DNA of 64,000 nt from Desulfurivibrio sp. (GTDB lineage Bacteria > Desulfobacterota > Desulfobulbia > Desulfobulbales > SURF-16): the NCBI GenBank assembly GCA_003605035.1, contig QZKJ01000078.1:163-64162 (forward strand), read 5' to 3'. Position numbers and translations under genes: made by a program. Shown here piece after piece: positions 1 to 8,976 of the stretch; within the stretch, counting starts at the first letter, position 1, and every line of letters starts with the position of its first letter. Below the pieces are notes generated by a model. That model was not told where the DNA came from and made no database searches. It saw nothing but the letters and a program-made list of their open reading frames with translations.

Positions 1-57
1 GGGTTATGATTTTTTTGTCATCCATGACATTCATTTTCTGGTTTTAGCTGATATAAA

Positions 58-73
58 AGCCAGTTTCGTGCCA
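58..73 (-). promoter_or_regulatory. candidate sigma54 -24/-12 promoter firing leftwards out of the window
   Basis: Reverse complement of 58..73 is TGGCACGAAACTGGCT. GG and GC are 12 nt apart, with one mismatch to TGGCAC-N5-TTGCW. It lies in the AT-rich spacer downstream of the pilY1 stop. Confidence 0.4.
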
Positions 74-199
74 CTGATCATTTTTCTTGCCTCAACAACC
101 ATAACCAGCCGTATTTAAAGTCAAAAATTATTAATTTTTCCTTCTCGAAACGTTTCAGAAACTTCATCGTTTCACATTGCTTCTTTTTCATTTATCCCT

Positions 200-239
200 G
201 TGACAATTTTTGTCACTTTGACGTGACATATTTTGTCAA
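200..239. promoter_or_regulatory. tandem GTGACA/TGTCAC palindromes, possible activator (bEBP/PilR-type) binding sites
   Basis: 200..216 GTGACAATTTTTGTCAC is a perfect 7-3-7 palindrome. 223..239 GTGACATATTTTGTCAA is an imperfect copy 23 bp away. A third site, TGTCAT-CC-ATGACA, is at 16..29. The tandem pair lies about 130-170 bp upstream (minus-strand sense) of the sigma54-like element at 58..73. Confidence 0.3.
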
Positions 240-302
240 TCCACGCCTCAAAAACATCATGTTCAGGCCAATCCGAACCAGGCGGCTTTAGCGCTGCGCT
301 GA

Positions 303-3300
303 TTACCATTCAAGCCATTTGTACTTCCCGGGCTTTGTAGCAAAGGGAAGGTTCTGCTGCTGAATTTCCTTGATCTCACCGGTACTGGTCTGGACAAATA
401 CCTTGGGTCCGGCGCCGGCATCTCCTTCATCGCCGGAACCGACATAAAGACTGGGGGTCATGGCAAGGCCGCGCCCAAGCGACATCTTCGCCTCAACATT
501 GCCAAGGATATCAATACCATAATCTCCAAAAATCCGCTGATGCCATGCGGTGCCGGTCTGATAATACACCCCATAGAGATAGGCCAGCCCCTCGGCGAGG
601 CAGGTATCCTCATATGGTTGATAGGTGGTAAAGGTCAGAAGACCGCCAAGCAGCGTGCCCTGGCCAAGGTTACGCTCACGATTAGTGTACGGATAGAAAT
701 CCCTGTACCAGCCGTCGGCGTAACCATTGTATCCAGCTGCGGTACACGCATAAGCACCGGCGAAATAATCAATCAGGATATTATAGGTACCGCCAGCGGC
801 AACAACACCCGCAGGAAGACAATCCGTTGTTCCGTCCACACAGGACAGCACAAAAGTAAACGGGGATGTTGATTCATGCACCTCGATCTCGTCAACCTTC
901 AACAACCCCATCTCACCGGGCACAGCGCCCGAAGCAGTAAGCTCAATTTCATTCCAGGTAAACGTTCTCAGACTGTTCGTGCAATCCAGAGGATTAACAA
1001 AGGTCATGGGTTCTTTTATGCCATAATAACTCTGCTGGGTGTCATCCGTCTTATCATTGGCATCAAAAAACCGGCCGGTGCCAAAATAGACCCAGAAATT
1101 TTTCCCATCGGTGCCGACTGAAGGAGAAGCGGTAATCGGCTGGGCTGGATGCAACGGATTTCCATCGGCGTCGAGCACATCACTGCTCAAGTCAATCAAT
1201 GTCTTGATTTGCCACTCATAGGGTTCCGTTGCCGGTTCAGATGCTCCAGTGCCATATTCTGATCGGCCAAAGAGATCGAGCTTTCTGGTCACCAGACGGT
1301 ACATCTTGCCGCCGCCGTCCCAGTAAGAACTTGTCGCATCAAAATCCCCTTCGACCGTGCCGAAATATATGGCGTCTGATTTGTAGTTCTCCATGCTTGG
1401 GTTGATGTCAAAATCCACCGTTATCGGGTCTGAAACAAAACCATGCGGCGATCCCGCAAGCTGAAATGTGCCATCCGGAGAGCCGGCGACTGGAGCAGCA
1501 GCACTTATCCGCAAAGACTTTACGGGCAGGTTGTTGCCATCCACCAAATTGTTCAGCGCGACAATGGAAATTCTGGCATCCTGGTCACTCACCCCTTTCA
1601 AGGCGTCACTGCCATGAGGTCCGCTGCCGAGAATGAGATACCATTTATTGACCTCCGGAGCGACGGAGGCGTCTTTCATGATCGACATGGTTGAGACAAC
1701 GGTGGAAAAACCAAGATCAACATAATTAGGAGAATCGGGGACAAGATTGCCATCGCTGTCAGACAGCGTCTGCGTCAACTCGCCAAGCAAAACAGGAGGT
1801 TTTTCGGGGTCCGTTATATCAAGAATAAAATAGGAAGAAATAAACTGCCTGTTGTCTGTGTTGGGTTGTCCCAGATCAGCCGCCGCGTCAACAGGTGCGC
1901 CTCCAAAACGCATGCCCCCGACAAGTATTGTCCCCCAGCCCTGGGGATGGGTACAGGCGGCATCATTATAATCAGCAGTACACGCGGCTTCTTCGCTGAA
2001 AATCTTGACATCGAAGAGCCGGGGTCTGAGATCAACATAATATTTATGTTTAGCGCCGGCATAATCTTTTTCAGTCAGACATTTCAGATGTGGCAGCAGA
2101 TTATACGGGACATACCCCCACATCTCCGCCCCAAGCGCCGGAGCGGCGGCAGCGGCGTCGCTGCAGGTTCCATCGGCGTTTAAGGAAACGAGACAGAACT
2201 TATTGTCTTTTTCGCTGTAGAAACCTCCGTTTACAGCGTGCAGCATCCCGTCATTTGCCCCCATATAGATCATATGCCTTCTGTTTTTGTATCTGGAGAC
2301 GAATTTGGCATACGATTTGTCATTATAAATGAGATGGAACCCTTCAGACGGAGCGGCAACCGTCATAGGAGTCGAGTGAATGATGTCACCAAGCCGCCAG
2401 GAGCTGAGCGTCCCGCTTCCTTCCGCAGCCGGGATCATTCTGTTTCTGACGGGAGATTCAAGCGACCCGTCGCCATCCACATCCTCCCCTGCATCGAGTA
2501 TTCCATTGCCATTGACGTCTTCAAACACATCAAGATGTCCATCGCCATCAAGGTCTTCCCCTGCATCGAGAATCCCATCCCCGTCAATATCCTCCGTGGT
2601 CCAGTCAGCCCCCCGGACCCAGCGGATGATCTGCCGGACTTCATCATTATCTGCGGCACTAAAATCCTTTGCCACCAAACCACGGTTACTCACGCCTAAG
2701 CCGGCCCAATTGATCGCATTTCCTGATCCGTCACGGTCAACAAAGGGCAGAACTTCCGTGGCGTAATCAACATCACCGTCGTTATTGAGATCAACCCAGG
2801 TAAAAATATAACGACGCTGCTCACTGGACAGATATGTGTTTCTATTATAAAAAACATCATTGGCGCCATAGGGAACCGAGGCATCGGCTGAAAGAACCAC
2901 GTTGGAGATTCTGGACAGCCAATCGTTGGCAGACCACAGATATTTTATTGCTGATAATTCCTTTGAATTCGTGCATGCTCCTGTATAGAAAATTGATGTG
3001 TTATAGCAACCCTTTGAACGGTTGGCGCTGGTATCAAAATAGATGATAACACGCTTATCGTCTCCATCTATAACGCCATCACTGTCCTTGTCCTCATAAA
3101 CATCAAGATGCCCGTCACTATCGGTGTCCTCCCCGGCATCCATGATACCGTTTGCATTCACATCCTCATCATTATCGAGTTTTCCATCACCGTCTACGTC
3201 TTCCGAGGGATTCATCATCCGATCGGAATTGGAATCTTCATACATTCTGCCATACTGATCGATGAAAAGGGAATGCACGTCACCAACCCAGTCAACGGCC

Positions 3301-6221
3301 CATTCTACCCCTGTGTTGTCCTGTCTTTTCAACTCAGGCCAGAAAATAGCCTGATAAATGGCGCCCTCACCGCCACGGGCCGATGAAATTACCGAAGCGG
3401 CGGAACCGGCCGAGGCTCTCTGGCGCAACTCATTGAATTTCTCCAGCAGATTTGATTCAAGCTCAGACGGATTGGCACTGACCAGGAGTTCGGTGCCGCC
3501 ATTGGTTGCAGCCGCCTCAATAATTTCATCAGGACTGCATTCGGTGTCACCGACATCTCTTAACGTACCAGTCACCACTATATGGGTGGTGATATTCTTT
3601 TTATCGTACATGGTGCCATCGTCAGAAGGGAGCTGGCTGTTTCCGGCAGGATAAAGAACGCTCGCATCCGCATGCTGGGCAAAATACGTCAGGTCGTCAA
3701 GGTAGGTGCTGCCGTCCAGGCCATCCGTGCATTTCGTATCACTCACCTGGTCACCATCATCAATAGGGGCACTGTTGACAAAATCAATGACATCCTGATT
3801 GATATCAGCAGTGGATGCGCCTTCAGTGATGATCAGCACATGATTTTCCTGACACCAGTTGGTAATGGGGTTTACCGTCGTATCGAAATCATCGACGCTC
3901 AGACGCATGGCCGTATTCTGGGTGTAGTAGCCTATGGCGTTGTACATGGCTTCGGCCAGCGGCGTCCAGGAGGTGGCCTGAATGCTGTTCACCTGTTGAA
4001 CGACATAATCGATATGACTGCCTGGACCGCTTGCCGCCACATCGGTTCCGAGCCTGATGCCGGCCAGGATTTTCGCGCCGTCCTTGTTGTCCGTCGGACA
4101 ATATTCCTGGATCGCGTCACTGGGGTCAACAGTCGTGCACTCGGTAAGGGCGCCCACGGCATTAAAGGCCATGACGCCGATGCGAAGATCCGCAGCAGTT
4201 CCCTGCAGCACCCCTTCAGGCTGCGTGGTCTGTTTCTTGTAACCTTTCATGACGATCAACGACCTGTCACCGCCGAAAAAGGAGGCAACGCCGGAGTCGA
4301 TCAGCACCGCGGGCATACTCCAGAACTCGCCGGTGTCAAAGATCTGATCCGAAGGATCAATGACTTCCGGAATCTCCATATAGCCGCAGTAATCCTCTAC
4401 AGCCTGCTGGATACAGGCATCAGCCGTGTTCGGGTTAAGATCATCCGTCCAATGGGCAGGAGCAGCCGCGGCAATATCAGCAGCGGTACAGGTGCCCGGA
4501 CCAGCTCCATCAGCATCGACGAGCACAAGGACCCAGGCCTTGTTACACTCGTCCTTGTTGCTGTTATAGTTTCCACTGCATTCATAAAGGTATCCATCCG
4601 TTCCACATCGCGGGTCGCCGATGGTCCCGACCGGCGGACCGCAGGAAACCGGCGCACACCCGGCCGGGATGGTGGCCGGCTCCCAGCAGCGCCCGATATA
4701 GCCGTCACGCAGATCATCCGGGATGCCAATGATATAGTCACCCGTGCAGATATAACCACTGCTTTCCGTCGTAATGGTTGCAGGGGGGATGTCGTGATCA
4801 TAGATATGTTCGCAGGAGGTTTTCACATCCGTTATGCCAACAGGAAAGGAGCCATGCTTCGAGTAATACCAGCAGTCATGCAGGGCATGGTTATAGGCGG
4901 CGTTTGACTCGGCCATGATATTGTTGGTCCCGCCGTAGTCAAGACAGTCGGTAATGTCCTGCTTGAGCGCACCCTGATTGACCACATCCTGCTGCAGCTC
5001 CGTAAGAGCGTCCTGGCAGGCTTGATATTGATCGCTGGCAATAAAACTACTGGCACTCAAGGCCAGGATGGAAATTCTGGTTGTGTCGTCTGTGCTGTCG
5101 ATCCAGTTCTCTTCACTCGCCCCCTGGATGGACAGAGTCAAAACCTTTCCATCAGACATGGTCACTTCCTTGAAGAAACCATGATCGGCGCAACCACGGT
5201 TCTGAGAAATAAGCCGCTGGGCGTCCTCATCAAATTTACCGCCGGTAAGAATTTTCTTCTGGATGTCAAATTTGGAAGAGGAGGCCCAGTTCAGAAAATT
5301 TCCTTTTGCTGCAAAAGCCGAAACCCGCGATTGGACATCTGAAGTACCGTCATTTACACTGACAATCTTCACGAAAAGATCGGTATGGCTTGAGGCAGCT
5401 CCCGGTTGAGCAGCAAAAGCAGTCGCGGCGTCGGCACTTGACGCATAAGCGGTTTCTTCGAAATAGCCTTCATCCAACCTGACCCAGTTCACGCCGGCAT
5501 CATCCCAGACGCCGGTGCCGTTTGATGTTCCGGAACTCGTTGCCTTGAAAAGCATGCCGCCATCACTGACAATGTCATTAACACTGTAGGCAGTGGTATT
5601 ACGCCAGGTTGAGTCAACAGAGACCCATGTCACTCCGGTATCTTCATAAATACTAAGACCGTTTGTCAGATCCGAATCACTGGCCGTGCCGCCGGCGACC
5701 GTATAAAAGAGTTGACCATCAAACTGGACGAAACTTTTGGCGGGATACACCTCACTGTGACGCCAGACATCAATGGTATAAACTGATGTCCACGTCACTT
5801 CGCTGTCAAAACCGATCTCAACGCCGGTGGAAGGACTGCCCGTGGCAGCAGTCGCTTTGTAGAAGACCCCCTCTGTATAGACAATATCCCCAACCGCATA
5901 AGTCGCTCCGCTCTTCCATGGCTGAACCCCTTCTGTCCATTTATACCATTTATCTGCCGTGTAATTTCCCGCATACTGGGTTCCTGATGCGTAACTGTTA
6001 TCAACGCACTCACCGGTGTTTGCAACATAAGCCATGTCGAGCATGGAGCCGGAATTATCAATCATCAGCAAAAGATTCGAGCGGACGCCGAAGGAAAGGA
6101 ACGGTGGCTCGCCAAGTCCGATGCCACAGGTATCCGCGTAGGATAAAGTCGGCGGAAGTACATGAATAACCAGTCCGAAGATCAGTAAATCAATGACAAG
6201 ATATCGTAGGAAAAGCCTCAT
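303..6221 (-). CDS. pilY1: giant PilY1-like type IV pilus tip adhesin (vWA-like MIDAS, CBM5/12-like repeats, Ca-binding DxDxDG blocks, C-terminal PilY1/PilC beta-propeller)
   Basis: 1972-aa ORF with an N-terminal hydrophobic signal-like segment. DNSGS MIDAS-type motif at nt 6045..6059. Three W-x5-Y-x2-(G/N)D-I-V...G-x-(F/L)(Y/F)-(K/T)-(A/V) repeats at about nt 5475..5918. Asp-rich blocks at 3056..3203 and 2461..2596. The C-terminal region carries WRLGDIIHSTP...YMGANDGMLHAVNGG...GWGTILVGGMRFGG, typical of PilY1/PilC. It is the last gene of the minor-pilin operon. Confidence 0.85.
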   Translation of the reverse strand: MRLFLRYLVIDLLIFGLVIHVLPPTLSYADTCGIGLGEPPFLSFGVRSNLLLMIDNSGSMLDMAYVANTGECVDNSYASGTQYAGNYTADKWYKWTEGVQPWKSGATYAVGDIVYTEGVFYKATAATGSPSTGVEIGFDSEVTWTSVYTIDVWRHSEVYPAKSFVQFDGQLFYTVAGGTASDSDLTNGLSIYEDTGVTWVSVDSTWRNTTAYSVNDIVSDGGMLFKATSSGTSNGTGVWDDAGVNWVRLDEGYFEETAYASSADAATAFAAQPGAASSHTDLFVKIVSVNDGTSDVQSRVSAFAAKGNFLNWASSSKFDIQKKILTGGKFDEDAQRLISQNRGCADHGFFKEVTMSDGKVLTLSIQGASEENWIDSTDDTTRISILALSASSFIASDQYQACQDALTELQQDVVNQGALKQDITDCLDYGGTNNIMAESNAAYNHALHDCWYYSKHGSFPVGITDVKTSCEHIYDHDIPPATITTESSGYICTGDYIIGIPDDLRDGYIGRCWEPATIPAGCAPVSCGPPVGTIGDPRCGTDGYLYECSGNYNSNKDECNKAWVLVLVDADGAGPGTCTAADIAAAAPAHWTDDLNPNTADACIQQAVEDYCGYMEIPEVIDPSDQIFDTGEFWSMPAVLIDSGVASFFGGDRSLIVMKGYKKQTTQPEGVLQGTAADLRIGVMAFNAVGALTECTTVDPSDAIQEYCPTDNKDGAKILAGIRLGTDVAASGPGSHIDYVVQQVNSIQATSWTPLAEAMYNAIGYYTQNTAMRLSVDDFDTTVNPITNWCQENHVLIITEGASTADINQDVIDFVNSAPIDDGDQVSDTKCTDGLDGSTYLDDLTYFAQHADASVLYPAGNSQLPSDDGTMYDKKNITTHIVVTGTLRDVGDTECSPDEIIEAAATNGGTELLVSANPSELESNLLEKFNELRQRASAGSAASVISSARGGEGAIYQAIFWPELKRQDNTGVEWAVDWVGDVHSLFIDQYGRMYEDSNSDRMMNPSEDVDGDGKLDNDEDVNANGIMDAGEDTDSDGHLDVYEDKDSDGVIDGDDKRVIIYFDTSANRSKGCYNTSIFYTGACTNSKELSAIKYLWSANDWLSRISNVVLSADASVPYGANDVFYNRNTYLSSEQRRYIFTWVDLNNDGDVDYATEVLPFVDRDGSGNAINWAGLGVSNRGLVAKDFSAADNDEVRQIIRWVRGADWTTEDIDGDGILDAGEDLDGDGHLDVFEDVNGNGILDAGEDVDGDGSLESPVRNRMIPAAEGSGTLSSWRLGDIIHSTPMTVAAPSEGFHLIYNDKSYAKFVSRYKNRRHMIYMGANDGMLHAVNGGFYSEKDNKFCLVSLNADGTCSDAAAAAPALGAEMWGYVPYNLLPHLKCLTEKDYAGAKHKYYVDLRPRLFDVKIFSEEAACTADYNDAACTHPQGWGTILVGGMRFGGAPVDAAADLGQPNTDNRQFISSYFILDITDPEKPPVLLGELTQTLSDSDGNLVPDSPNYVDLGFSTVVSTMSIMKDASVAPEVNKWYLILGSGPHGSDALKGVSDQDARISIVALNNLVDGNNLPVKSLRISAAAPVAGSPDGTFQLAGSPHGFVSDPITVDFDINPSMENYKSDAIYFGTVEGDFDATSSYWDGGGKMYRLVTRKLDLFGRSEYGTGASEPATEPYEWQIKTLIDLSSDVLDADGNPLHPAQPITASPSVGTDGKNFWVYFGTGRFFDANDKTDDTQQSYYGIKEPMTFVNPLDCTNSLRTFTWNEIELTASGAVPGEMGLLKVDEIEVHESTSPFTFVLSCVDGTTDCLPAGVVAAGGTYNILIDYFAGAYACTAAGYNGYADGWYRDFYPYTNRERNLGQGTLLGGLLTFTTYQPYEDTCLAEGLAYLYGVYYQTGTAWHQRIFGDYGIDILGNVEAKMSLGRGLAMTPSLYVGSGDEGDAGAGPKVFVQTSTGEIKEIQQQNLPFATKPGKYKWLEW

Positions 6222-6602
6222 ATCTTCACCCTATTGCAAGTAATGGATGGTAATAAACCTGAGAAAATAATTGACGATTTCGCCTAAAGCCACTTACCCG
6301 CAGTGCACCAGTCTAACTTCTTGATATTTCGTCAGGAGATGGTCAGTTTTCGAGCCTTTGCTGATAAAATTCTGCAAAACTAATAACTCAAGCTTCTGAT
6401 TTGTGGTAACATGTTGAAATTAAGCAAATATTTTCAGTCTGCCTGAAGATTATTTCCAGAGAATTCAGAAGCCTGAATAAAACGATATAAAATCAAACAT
6501 TCTGGATTCTGCCTCCTATCTTCGGAATTCCCATGACGGAGTTCAGAGCAGCAACTATGTCACAAAATACCGTGATAAAATAGATCAAGTCAGAAAGTTG
6601 AG

Positions 6603-7283
6603 CTAATAATTACAATCACCAGTCCAACCGACGGGAAAACGCCAGCCAAGCTGGATAATTGACCGGCTATCCACTCGTCCCTGATGAAGAGCGGTTACCT
6701 CATACAGTTTCAACACGCCGCCGCCGGCAGCGGATTTACCCTTCCCTTCATAGCCAGCGGCCATCTGTAACGCACCACCCGCCGCCATTTCAGTCCGACC
6801 GCCGATGTAAATATAAGAGACCCTCTGCGACCCGGCGGCATCCAGATCATCAAGATTTAACGTCGGGTCAACGGGCAAGGTGAACGAAACATCATTGAGA
6901 GCGTGGGCGTTGATATCGGCCTCGATAACGTTTTCGGCAAGGGAGGGATTTTGATACAACGCCAGTTCATTGCCATTGCGCTCGTAAACACGCACGACAC
7001 CTTCCAGATCGGCAACCGAGATACCACCGTCATCTGCCCCTGTTGATGAAAAACCCGTCGGGCAGTACAGATTCTGTTCAAGAACCTCCACGCCAACTGA
7101 AAGGCTGCCTTCCGCATTGTAAAAAGTCTCTTTGTGGACTTTCTCATTGCCCGCTATCTGCACCTCAATCGTCGTATTGGTTGTTGCCGCGACTCCGATA
7201 ATCACCAGAATCAGGAGAATAAGCAAGGAGGCGATCAGGACGAAGCCTCGCTCATTTTTTGCTATATTTTTCAGATGTATCAT
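6603..7283 (-). CDS. pilX: PilX-like type IV pilus minor pilin/assembly protein
   Basis: 226 aa. N-terminus MIHLKNIAKNERGFVLIASLLILLILVIIGVAA resembles the PilX N-terminal hydrophobic helix. Positioned between pilV and pilY1. Confidence 0.7.
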   Translation of the reverse strand: MIHLKNIAKNERGFVLIASLLILLILVIIGVAATTNTTIEVQIAGNEKVHKETFYNAEGSLSVGVEVLEQNLYCPTGFSSTGADDGGISVADLEGVVRVYERNGNELALYQNPSLAENVIEADINAHALNDVSFTLPVDPTLNLDDLDAAGSQRVSYIYIGGRTEMAAGGALQMAAGYEGKGKSAAGGGVLKLYEVTALHQGRVDSRSIIQLGWRFPVGWTGDCNY

Positions 7284-7290
7284 CGGGAAT

Positions 7291-7788
7291 TTATATGGAA
7301 TTTGATTTCATATAGGCCATGGTGACGGTACGTATCGTTCCGCCATCCTGCCTTTCAATAATTACATTAACCGTCTTGATATCAGGGAAAGGATAGTTCA
7401 CCGCAACATTCCAGTTAATTGTGTAATTACCGTCCGGAGAGGCTGATGTCCCATCCGCATTCGCACCGGTATCATCAAGACCGAAGTTGCCCCCGTCATC
7501 ATCTGTGCCGTCATTATTCGCATCCTCCCCAGTACCATCGCCGTCATCGTCATCAAGATCGGCGTCAGAATAGTTGAGCCCGATGAGCGTTTCGATGCGG
7601 TCGGATGCCCAAGACGATGACTCCGTTATCCTGTTCGCCGATGAATTGCCTTTTATGGCTGCTGTCTGCATGGCATTGACCGCCAGAATGCCGATGGTAA
7701 AAATAGCAACGGCAATCAAGACCTCGATGAGGGTAAAACCTGATTGACGGGAAGTCGCTATGGCCTGGGAAAAATTTCTCATGATCAC
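7291..7788 (-). CDS. pilV: PilV-like minor pilin (prepilin-type N-terminal cleavage/methylation domain)
   Basis: 165 aa. Leader ...SRQSG|FTLIEVLIAVAIF matches the class III signal (G/FTLIE). 4-nt ATGA overlap with pilW. Contains an Asp-rich DxDxDG insert. Confidence 0.8.
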   Translation of the reverse strand: MIMRNFSQAIATSRQSGFTLIEVLIAVAIFTIGILAVNAMQTAAIKGNSSANRITESSSWASDRIETLIGLNYSDADLDDDDGDGTGEDANNDGTDDDGGNFGLDDTGANADGTSASPDGNYTINWNVAVNYPFPDIKTVNVIIERQDGGTIRTVTMAYMKSNSI

Positions 7789-8405
7789 AAACCCATATTT
7801 CTGCAGTTGACCCTTTGGATCAACAGACGACGGCGAAGATAATCATTATAAGGCCCCCAAATTGTTCCTGAAAATGAAGCATATTGTTTCGAATTAAGAA
7901 AATTGGCATCAGAACCGCCAGCCCGGGCCAGAATCGAGATGACCACACTGCGAACTTCCTCAACGTCCGCGGTAACCGCATCGTCTTCATCAAGATATAC
8001 AAATTCAAGTTCTTCAATGTTCTGGGCGATGGGTTGAGTATTTCTTGTAATTTCCTTTTCTACAGTATCCAGAGCATAGGTAATATTTTCTCCAGAGTCG
8101 ACGACATCATCATCCTCATTGAGATCCATGCTAAAATTAATACTGGACGCAGTGATGGCAAGCAAAGCGGCTCCGGCTTTTCCTGTTGAATCATATCCTG
8201 CCATTTTTATCTCCCTGGTCATCATATCAAGTCCGGCACGGATATTCTGCTGCATTTCCGCAACCTGATCCTGAGCGGTATAACTGTTCTGCTGGGACTG
8301 AAACGCTGAATAAATTGAGGCTATAACAATACCGGAAATCAGCATGGTGATCAGTAATTCAATGAGGGTAAAACCCCTCTGCATATCTTCAACATGGGTT
8401 CTCAT
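7785..8405 (-). CDS. pilW: PilW-like minor pilin
   Basis: 206 aa. MRTHVEDMQRG|FTLIELLITMLISG prepilin motif. Gene order is GspH-like, W, V, X, Y1. Confidence 0.8.
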   Translation of the reverse strand: MRTHVEDMQRGFTLIELLITMLISGIVIASIYSAFQSQQNSYTAQDQVAEMQQNIRAGLDMMTREIKMAGYDSTGKAGAALLAITASSINFSMDLNEDDDVVDSGENITYALDTVEKEITRNTQPIAQNIEELEFVYLDEDDAVTADVEEVRSVVISILARAGGSDANFLNSKQYASFSGTIWGPYNDYLRRRLLIQRVNCRNMGL

Positions 8406-8451
8406 CTTTTAACATTTAACCCCGGTCTTATGAGATTCACGGTTGTCAACC

Positions 8452-8976
8452 TTATAACCTTTCCAAGGTCAAACCACCTGCAAGGGAAAGTGAAATCTGG
8501 TAACGTACATTATCATCGTTCCTCACTTGCACGTTACCAATTCGACTGCTCAACGGCAGCCCCCGCGCAGTAAAACCAGGAGTAGTGCTGCCTAAAGAAA
8601 AATTTACGCTATCCAGATCAACACTGGCAGGCATAGTGACATTGGCCAGAATTCTTTCATCCCCATTTTGCGTATCATCATCCGCGGTTCCGGTTGTTCC
8701 TCCATTATCAACAAAAACCTGATACGTTTCCGCACCGGCGTTAAAAGAGAGCACCACATTGCTGTTGGTTTTAATGGCCTCAATCCGGGCTTTCTGAAAA
8801 TTCGTATAAATCTCGCGGGCTGCTGCCTTGAGGCGATAATTGGCGATCCACTGAGAATAATTAGGTATCGCAATGGCCATCAGAACACCCATTATGGCCA
8901 TGACCACAATAAGCTCGACTGTCGTGAAGCCCTGACTGTTTCGATGCAATTTTGTTACTCGCTGGCGATATTTCAT
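8452..8976 (-). CDS. GspH/FimT/FimU-family minor pilin
   Basis: The ORF track extends to 9087, but the internal ATG at 8976 gives MKYRQRVTKLHRNSQG|FTTVELIVVMAIMG, a normal prepilin leader. First gene of the operon. Confidence 0.7.
   Translation of the reverse strand: MKYRQRVTKLHRNSQGFTTVELIVVMAIMGVLMAIAIPNYSQWIANYRLKAAAREIYTNFQKARIEAIKTNSNVVLSFNAGAETYQVFVDNGGTTGTADDDTQNGDERILANVTMPASVDLDSVNFSLGSTTPGFTARGLPLSSRIGNVQVRNDDNVRYQISLSLAGGLTLERL

Noticed and set aside
1-34. Possible minus-strand gene start (ATG at 34: MNVMDDKKIIT...) running off the left edge
   Set aside because: Only 11 codons are visible, there is no SD, and the leader from the predicted sigma54 TSS would be very short. This is insufficient evidence to call a CDS.
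263-445. 60-aa minus-strand ORF overlapping the pilY1 3' end
   Set aside because: It is an out-of-frame overlap with the conserved PilY1 C-terminus, with no SD and no motif.
3582-4907. 441-aa plus-strand ORF inside pilY1, plus many shorter ORFs on both strands in 300..6200
   Set aside because: It is antisense to a 1972-aa ORF with clear PilY1 motifs. The translation is low-complexity (R/G/H/I-rich) with no recognisable motif and no SD. This is a typical shadow ORF.
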